Assembly: GCA_964584335.1 (NCBI GenBank)
Contig: CAZOZN010000001.1
Coordinates: 1-52,621, forward strand
Length of the DNA stretch: 52,621 nucleotides
DNA from: an uncultured archaeon
Lineage (GTDB): Archaea; Aenigmatarchaeota; Aenigmatarchaeia; PWEA01; JAGHBM01
Direction: 5' to 3'
This document shows, piece by piece, positions 18,001 through 27,000 of the stretch. Positions within the stretch are counted from its first letter, which is position 1, and every line of letters begins with the position of its first letter. The notes beneath the pieces were generated by a model, which was not told where the DNA came from, searched no databases, and saw only the letters and a list, made by a program, of their open reading frames with translations. The position numbers and the translations under genes are program-made.

Positions 18001-21000
18001 TGCAAGTCGGGATACGCTTGTAACACAACAACCGGTCTAATAAGTGTTTCTTCTTCATCTCCTTGGGAAGTTTGGATAGGAGCTGAAAATTCTTCCCAGA
18101 TAATAACCACAACCAGAGCATCCAAGTACCAGGCTCCCGAATACTACCAGAACATAACTATAGATGAGACTGATGCACAGGTCACTTTTTTCAATCTTAC
18201 AGGATGGAGCACCGGTTTTGACGATTCAAACGTTACATCAGAGTATATCAGGTATTGGGACGGTGACAGCTGGTACAGCTTAAGCACGGGTCCCTTGAGA
18301 GGGGACTGCAACACGGGAAGCCCAACCTACACCGCTACCACAGGCACACCAAACGGAACATTTTACGTATGCATGCAGGACACAGGCGGAAAGGGAGGAG
18401 TGGGTGACTACTGGAAGTTCAAGGTTCCACATACCTCGGAATGGATTATTCAGGTAGGCGGAACGAGCCTTACCCCGCCTAGATGGTCAGCTCTCCAATA
18501 CGACTCCAATGTTGATGTAAATGACAGTTCCACGGTAATAAGAATAAATGTCACGGACGATGTTCAGGTTGACAAAGTATGGATAAGGGAAAATTCCTCC
18601 GGTTCCTTTGCAAATTATACAATGAATCTTGAGGACGGTGACGATACGGACGGGCTTTACAACCACACCATGACCTTTAACTCTATTGGAAACGTGGGAT
18701 TTGAAATATTCATGAATGATACATCAGACAACATAAATTCTACATCATCCTATTTAGAGGTACAGGATATCTCGATAACGGAAGACTTTGACCAGAATGT
18801 CAACCCGAGTGACACTGTTTATGTTTACGGAAACGTGAAGACGATACCTGACAACAATGATGTTTCGGAAGATGTTTACATATACAGAGACGGGACTCAG
18901 GTTTCTCAGTGCACGCCTTCCTCCGGTTTCTATAACTGCAGCATAGCGGCACCCGCCACTCTTGGTGCTTACACAATAAAGGTGAACGTCACGGACTCTA
19001 ATGGAATATACAACTCTAATCAGAGCACGCTTTACGTGGAGACATTGACTGTGGATGAATTGAATGTCAATTACGTGACAAATAGTTACTACAACTACAG
19101 CCAGGAAATAAACATCACGGGCCATGTAAAGAATGACAGGACCGGTTCCGATTCTCTTGCTAACGTTACTTGGTATGTTCCGAATTCCCTGTACTCAGGA
19201 ACAGCTGAATCGGATTCTTCAGGAAACTTTGAGGTTACTTTCAATAACGACCTCTGCCCCGACACGTGGACTTTCAGGATAAATCAGAGCGACGTTAATG
19301 ATACCGGAAACGTATTTAATGACGAGCAGAACGAAACAACCTTTGATGTTTACAACAGGATACTGGTCGAGCCTGTTTATAGTCCCAGCAGCGGTGGTAT
19401 AGTTGACAGGCATACGGGAGGAGCACACGACTCTGAAATTTTCTGGAATATGACAAACATCCAGCTGGACTGCGGGGACTCCGTTGTACCGGACTCCGTG
19501 GAAATAGACTGGAAGTCAACAAACCAGTACATGGGTTCTGAAACAAACGGAAGTTTTGACGTTCCTAATAACACCGCTCTCGCAGCAGGAAATGATTATA
19601 TATACGCAACTGTTTACAAGAGCGGTTTTTACCATAATTATACTAACACAACAAATGATTATGAAGTATACGGTGTTCTTGACAAATCAAGTTCATTGTA
19701 TTCAATATCACCTTCAGGTACAGTCATAGTTAACTGGTCTCCTGCTCCATTTGACCCCGGACCAACAATAATTTTGCAGTCCGTTACTATCTACAACAAA
19801 CAGGGTGTTGAATTGACAGAGAACCAGCATTACACTTCGGGCTTGAGTGTAAGCAGTGCCGTTGCTTACAATGCTGCTGATAATCTTACTACCGAAGTTA
19901 TTATTGTCGGAAATAGCAGCAGCTGTAATTCAATAAATTGTTACACCGGAGATTTTAACTTTACCAAGTGGTATATGGTTCATGGTAAGTTTGACTCTGT
20001 CTGGGTTGACTGGAATGTGACAGGCGGAAAGATAGACAGATTCTCGCCTTCAATTTACGGTGGTCCGGAAGTCGGTTATTCAGATTATAATGCTACTGAC
20101 AACAAGGGAATTTTAATACCTCAGAGCAATTATTCTATTGAACAACACGATGACTGGGACGCATCCGATAACGCTCCCGGTGATGTTATAACACCAGAGT
20201 TGAGATTTGTTTCCTGTTCCGGAAGCTCCTGTTACTGGGACAATATTGAGGTACCAAGCAAGCCGAACACGACCAGCTACACAGTTTACGGGAACTTGAC
20301 AAAGGTTAAGCTTATACTGCCACAAAATGAAACCGAGATTTACACCTGCTGTATAGAGCCGAGAGACAGGACTCTTGTCGCAAATTTGACCAACGATACC
20401 GGCGGTTTGCATAAGGGTGCTTCGATGACTTTCCACATGACAGACGGTTCTTTCCAGGGAAGCGACGAGGGCAACGGAACTTACACTTATGTTTATGACC
20501 CTATAGATACTTTACAAGTTGGAATGCATGAATGGAAGGCCGAAGCCAACCAGACTTATTATCACGATTCAGGAAACTCTTCGTCACTTTACATATGGAT
20601 AAGGGGAGTTTTCATCAATTCCACTACACATATCGAGAACTCTAGCATCACCAGAGGAACGGACAATTACCTTGAGGCAAGACTTACCGATGAGAACGGC
20701 CAGGGAATAGATGAGGCCGGATATGAATGCGAGTGGTATATAGACTCTACAAACATAGGAAACACCACGACAAACTCCAGCGGCTATTGTAATATAACAT
20801 GGAACCCCGATTACAATTCCATAACAGTTGGCAGGCACAACCTTACGGTGAGACGTTCAGTGAAAGAGGAAGTAACTCCCGTAAACGTTTTTGGCTGGTC
20901 CGAGGTAAAAGAAATTTCGCCTCCAAACAGGACAGAGGTACTTTTGGGACAGAATGTTCCTATTACATGCCGTGTTGGAGATTATAACGATTCAAGCGAC

Positions 21001-24000
21001 CTTTCAGATTATAGGGTTTACTTTTATCAGAAACCAGAGGGTGGCAGTTATTCAAGCTTTGGAGGCGCAAAATATACTAACTCAAGCGGTATAGCCATGG
21101 CTAACTGGGATACGGGATTGGATACTGCTGGAGTTTACTACTTTAAGTGTAACATAAGCGAGTCTTATGTTGACGAAAGTAACGGTATTTTCTATAACAG
21201 AAGCCATGAATTTGAAAACACAACAAATATAACCAGCAAGGCATCTTTGTGGATATCTGATACTATTGTGGACAATATGACCGTATACAGGGATGATGGT
21301 TATGCCACGGGAAAAGGATATTCCTATAGGGTAAACTTAACAGCTCAGGCCAAGCAAGGCACAAACCCTTCAAACGGGGCCGAGATACATTTCTACACAC
21401 CCGACGGAATAATGAACTGTACCACTGGAGCGAGCGGCTATTGTTCTTATATTTACAATCCCTCGGGAGGAGTTTTCCCTTATAACTATACTGTCCCGGT
21501 TAACGCTACCAAGGCGCCTTGGCAGCCTACGACCAATTTTGACATAGAGCTGGAGATAAGAGGTGTTATATGGCTCGATAACTACACAATTTCTCCTCAG
21601 GACATCGGAGTAAACTACGACAGTACGGAGATAAGCACGGATGTTTTCACTGACTTAGCCGTTGATGAAGTGTGGGCAGTTATAGGGCTGCCCGGCGGTT
21701 CTTCGGAAAATATTTCACTTAATCCCCAAACAGGATACTGGGCAGTAAACTATACACCAAGTTCCTCTGGTTTACACAACGTAACTTTGTATGTTAATGA
21801 CACTTCAGATTTTGGTAACACGAGCTTTGCCGGTTATTTCAAAGCCTGGGCTTCTACAACAGGACGCCTTAGCCAGGAACCACAAGACAACCAGTTCCGC
21901 ACGACACAAACCGACGGGGCAGATTTTATTTTAAATCTAACCTTGTATAACACAGGAAACGGAACGATGATGGATGCGGACGCTTACAACCAGTCAAACC
22001 CAAGCTGGCCGATGGCTAATATTACTTCGTGGAAGAACCAGGAAATCTCTGTTAACAGCAGCCACACTTCCAGATGGAACGTTAGTATACCAGCAGCCAC
22101 AACACCCGGCGATTATATAATCACGGGCATAGGCAACTGGAGCAACCCGGATTACAGCCTGGATTCGGAGACGAATACAACCACCGTGACAATACTTGAA
22201 AATCCTATAATGAACATGACTTATGAAACTTATTCTAAAAGAATGAACCATTCCACAGAAGAGTATATTGGAAACTTCCTGTTTAATTCAACGGGCAATT
22301 TCCACCTTGACGAAATATACTACAATAACGTAAGCGGCAACATTTCAAATGACTGGATTGAGTTTACTTCGGGTGGCTCGACTAACTATATAGGTTCAAT
22401 AAGCCCTGGCAGTTATGCAAATGTTACTATAAACGCAACAGTACCTCAATGTCTACCTCCGGGAATTTACAGGTCAACTTTCGTGGTAAATGCTACAAAC
22501 TCAACACAATTTTGTGTTTCACCAGAAGACTCATGGGGTTACCTCAACATAACCTTGAATATAAGCGAGGATTGGACATGGAACAGAGTTCCGAATTCTT
22601 TTGCAGGCGGAGACGTTAACACGTCCGGAGCGGAAACAATAGGATACATTAATGTTACGAACTCGGGAAACCTTAACATAACTTTTGATTTAACCAAGCA
22701 CGGAAACATATCGTCTCTCTTGGCAATGCCTTCCTCCTTTGTTGTTGAGGGAAATTACAGTGTTTACAACCTTCCTCTTAACTACTCTATACCTGCAGAC
22801 CAGTCTGTAGGATTTTACGAAGGATTTGTATCAATCTCAAACTCCTCGGCCGATCCGGACTATCCGCAGAATACAACAGTCAATTTCACTGTTTGGGACA
22901 ACCTGGAACCGCTTATAGCAAATGCCAGCATATCAAAGGATGAAGTTCAGGCAAATATAGAATATCTAAACATTTCAGCTGATGTAGTTGATAACACGGA
23001 TGATACGGATAAGGTATGGGCAATAATAGAGAATACTTATTACAACTACAACAATACCATAGAACTTTACAATATAGCAGGAAACAACTACAGCAGAGGA
23101 TATACTGCCACACAAGGAGGAGAACACGAGGTAACAATATACGCTAACGATACTTCCGGAAACACGAACCAGACTTACGCCGGAAACTTCTCCTGCATAG
23201 GCCAGGTTACTGTTTCCAATAACCAATTACCACAACAGGTTACTGCGGATAATATAAGCTCTGACAACCCTTACAACTTTACTATAAATGTTACTCTTAA
23301 TAATACACAGGCAGGAACAGTTTCAGATGTTAATTTGACTTTGGTAAGTATACCTTCTGGATACAACATAAACGCTACAAATTACACATGCGGAGATTTG
23401 AATCAGGGAGACTTGTGTTACAGGGAATTTGAAGTTAGTGTAACAAAAGATGCTTCTCCCAATACAGGATTTGACGACGAAATAATAATAAATTCTACCT
23501 GGATTAATCCAGATTTCTCTGAAGGGGCAAAGTTTAATCTAACCAAAGTTCATGTAGAATCAAACAGAGAATTAACCTTGGATAAGAATTATATAGAAAA
23601 TGACTTGAATCACAGCGTATCAGAAATAGCAGGTAATTTCACAGTCTATGCTTCAGGAAACGGTAACATTTATGGTGTTCAGATTTCTGAGTCTGGCGGA
23701 AACCTGCCTTCGGCATGGATTTCTTATAACCCATCATCCAATTTGGGTAATGTAGATAAGGACAGCCCTCAACTTGTAGAAGTATATTTAGACATACCAT
23801 CTGGACAGGACCCGGGAGTTTACTGGACTAACGTAACTGTTAACGCCACTTTAACAAGCTGTTCACCTTCTGATGAATGCTGGGAATTTTTGATTTTGAA
23901 TATAACTGTTCCCGAGGACAAGTCATGGGATTCTTATCCTGAAGGAAATCCGGGTATTTACGAGCTTAATTTAAGCATACCCTCCCAAACATCAGGAACA

Positions 24001-27000
24001 TACAACATCACCTTAAATAACACCGGAAACGTTGACAGGAACTGGACCATAACATCAAACTGGAATGGGGCAGAGGGACCTGCAAACATAGACAACTATC
24101 CCGAGTGGCAGAACGTTTCAAAGGTTTCCTCTGAAATAATAACTTTTGATTATGATGCAACTGGGACAAGCGAGGGACTTTACGTTCTTGACCTGACTTT
24201 TTCAAATAACACAGCAATCCCGACATCAAGGATAGTAACAGTTAACATGAATGTTAGCGATGAACACCCCAAAATATACAATCAATCCGTTTCTCCAAGT
24301 TATGTTGATATGAATTATGAAACCGTGAATATTTATGCAGATTTGACGGACAACGTGGAGCTTGACATGTCTTGGTATAATGTAACCAAGCCCGACAATT
24401 CAAAGGAAAGGGTTTTTGTTGATACGAACATAAACTGGAATGAATCCACTATGGATGAGACTTATACACCCAACCAATCTGGTTCTTATCAAATAAAGAT
24501 TTGCGTCAACGACAGCGCGTCAAGAGTAAACTGCACTGATTCATTGTCATTTACTTCAGTTGGAACAACTTCCATCGACCTATTGAAAAGGATTTCCGGA
24601 AGCGAGATAACGTCTCCTGTTGTTGTTAATGGTATAACACAGACCAATGGAGAAAACTTCTGGGTTAATATAACATTGAACAACACCGGACAGGGAGGCG
24701 CCTACTGGCCAAATCTTACAATAAGCTTGCCTTCCGGCTGGAGCACAAATCCGGCCTCACCCAGGATTTATGATAATATAACTGAGGGAGAAAACAATAC
24801 GGAACAAATAAGGATAAACATACCTTCAGGAACCGGTTCCGGTATTTACGATGTTGACCTGACTGCTCAGTGGACTCAGCCGAACAATAACAGGGGACAG
24901 AGAGTCGAGGATGAAGAGCAGGGTATACAGGTTAACGTAACAACAAACCCCATTTTGAAAATAGAAGAGAGCTCGCTTTCAATAAACACTGCGCCGGAGC
25001 TTTCAAACCAGACCTACTTTACCCTAAATTCGACAGGCAATGACGACATAAATAACATAGATTTTGAGTGCATGGGAAGCACATGTTCCGAAATATTTGA
25101 TGGATTTACCCCTAATTCTCTTAGCCAGCTGGTTGCAGGCAACGAGACCAACGTAACTGTTGACATCTCGGTTCCTTCAGGTTTCTCACCGGGTTCATAC
25201 GAGCTGCTGCTCAACGCATCGGGAGACGAGGACATGGATGATATAAACTTGACTGTTACGGTTGCAGTTGACTGGAGATGGAACAGAACACCAACAAGCT
25301 TCTCGAGGACCGTTGAAACCAATTCAACACCAAACTACCTGGGCGATATAGAAATAGAGAATATGGGAAACATACCGATTAAGTTCGGTTTGTCAAAACA
25401 CGGTAATGTCTCGGACCAGATTATACTTAATGTTTCGGAAATAACAGTCGGCAGCCTTTCCACAGGAGCGGTCAAGGTCCAGTATAATACTTCTTATGTT
25501 AACGAGGACTTTTATGGTGTAATATCCGTAACCAATTCCTCCGCAAGTCCGGCAGAATTCAACACCTCGGTCACACTCAACGTTGTTGAGCTTGTTACGG
25601 ACATACTTTACCCCAACCAGACTAGCAGGATGATAGGTGTCGTAGCAAACGATACAATTGAGTCTCATGCCAATGTTACCTATGACGAGGATTTAATAGA
25701 TGAAAATGTAACGTGGGAGATAAAGCTTGATAACTATGACTGCTTGAACGTTTCCTGGAATTATGACGGATATTGGAATGTTACATGCGTTGCTCCTGAT
25801 ATACCCGATGCCCACAATTACACTTTGCAGCTAATAGGAAATTATACTACAATGCCCGGAGGCACTTGGGGTGAGACATCCGACTCGGAAGCAGGTGTTA
25901 TAAACTACCTTGATGTCACGCCTCCCAAGTTCAAGAACTTCACCGCCCCCTCCGTACAGGTTTCCCAGCAGGTTAACGTACAGGCAAACATATCTGACAA
26001 TACTAATGTTGAGAACGCTACTTTGGAAATAGAGCATCCCAACGGCACAAAAAAGAACTATACTATGACTTACACCGGAAGCTTGTGGGAATTCAACTTC
26101 AGCGAGACCCAGAAAAAGGGTGATTACGATTATAATCTTTATGCGAATGATAATGAGCAGAACAAGAACTATACTGTGGGTGGGTGGTTTGAAGTTTATC
26201 AGGAACTGGTTTTATCTTGCGGTGTCAAGAATTCTACCGGCAGTGGAATAGAAAGCAGATTGAAGTTTTACAGAAACGATGCACCCAAGACAAATAACTA
26301 TAAGATACATGATTTCTCGGCTCCTTCCGGTTCTTTGTCACAGAATGTACACAACAGGACATACGATATATCTGTTGAGATGGTTAAAGGTTCGGTTAAC
26401 GATAGTGTTACTTTTGATGATACTGCTATCGAACATACATCTGTCAAGAACATAACCAAGGATGAGATAAGTTCTGATTATATAAACTTGGAGGATGTTG
26501 AATATGAGCTTAGGGGAATAGGTCTGAATACAACATTTGAATTTAGCAGAGCTACGGTTTGTATAAACTATGATGGATTTACATATGATTCTCAGGATGA
26601 TATAAGAATTTACAAGTGTAATGATTGGGACTTTGATTCAAAGACATGTAATTCTTCTAGCTGGACAGAGCTCAACACAACAGTTGACAAGAACAGTCAC
26701 ATAGCTTGTTCAAATACCACGTCTTTCTCTGGGTTCTTTGCTGCCCAGAAATCTGACTGCTCTTATGCGGGGGGTTCTTGTAGTGTGGACGGGGATTGTT
26801 GTTCCGGATTCAGGTGTTGTGGTGGACAGTGTCACGTTATTGCAGATTGTCCTTACTGCTGTGAAGACGTCTGTTCTATGACAGAGTGTGAATCAAGCGG
26901 TGATGGACCCGGCGGAGGAAGTGGAACCGGCACTGGAACAGGCACAGGAACAAACGAAACAGCAGCTGAATGCGGCAATGGTGTTTGTGAAATAGGCGAG

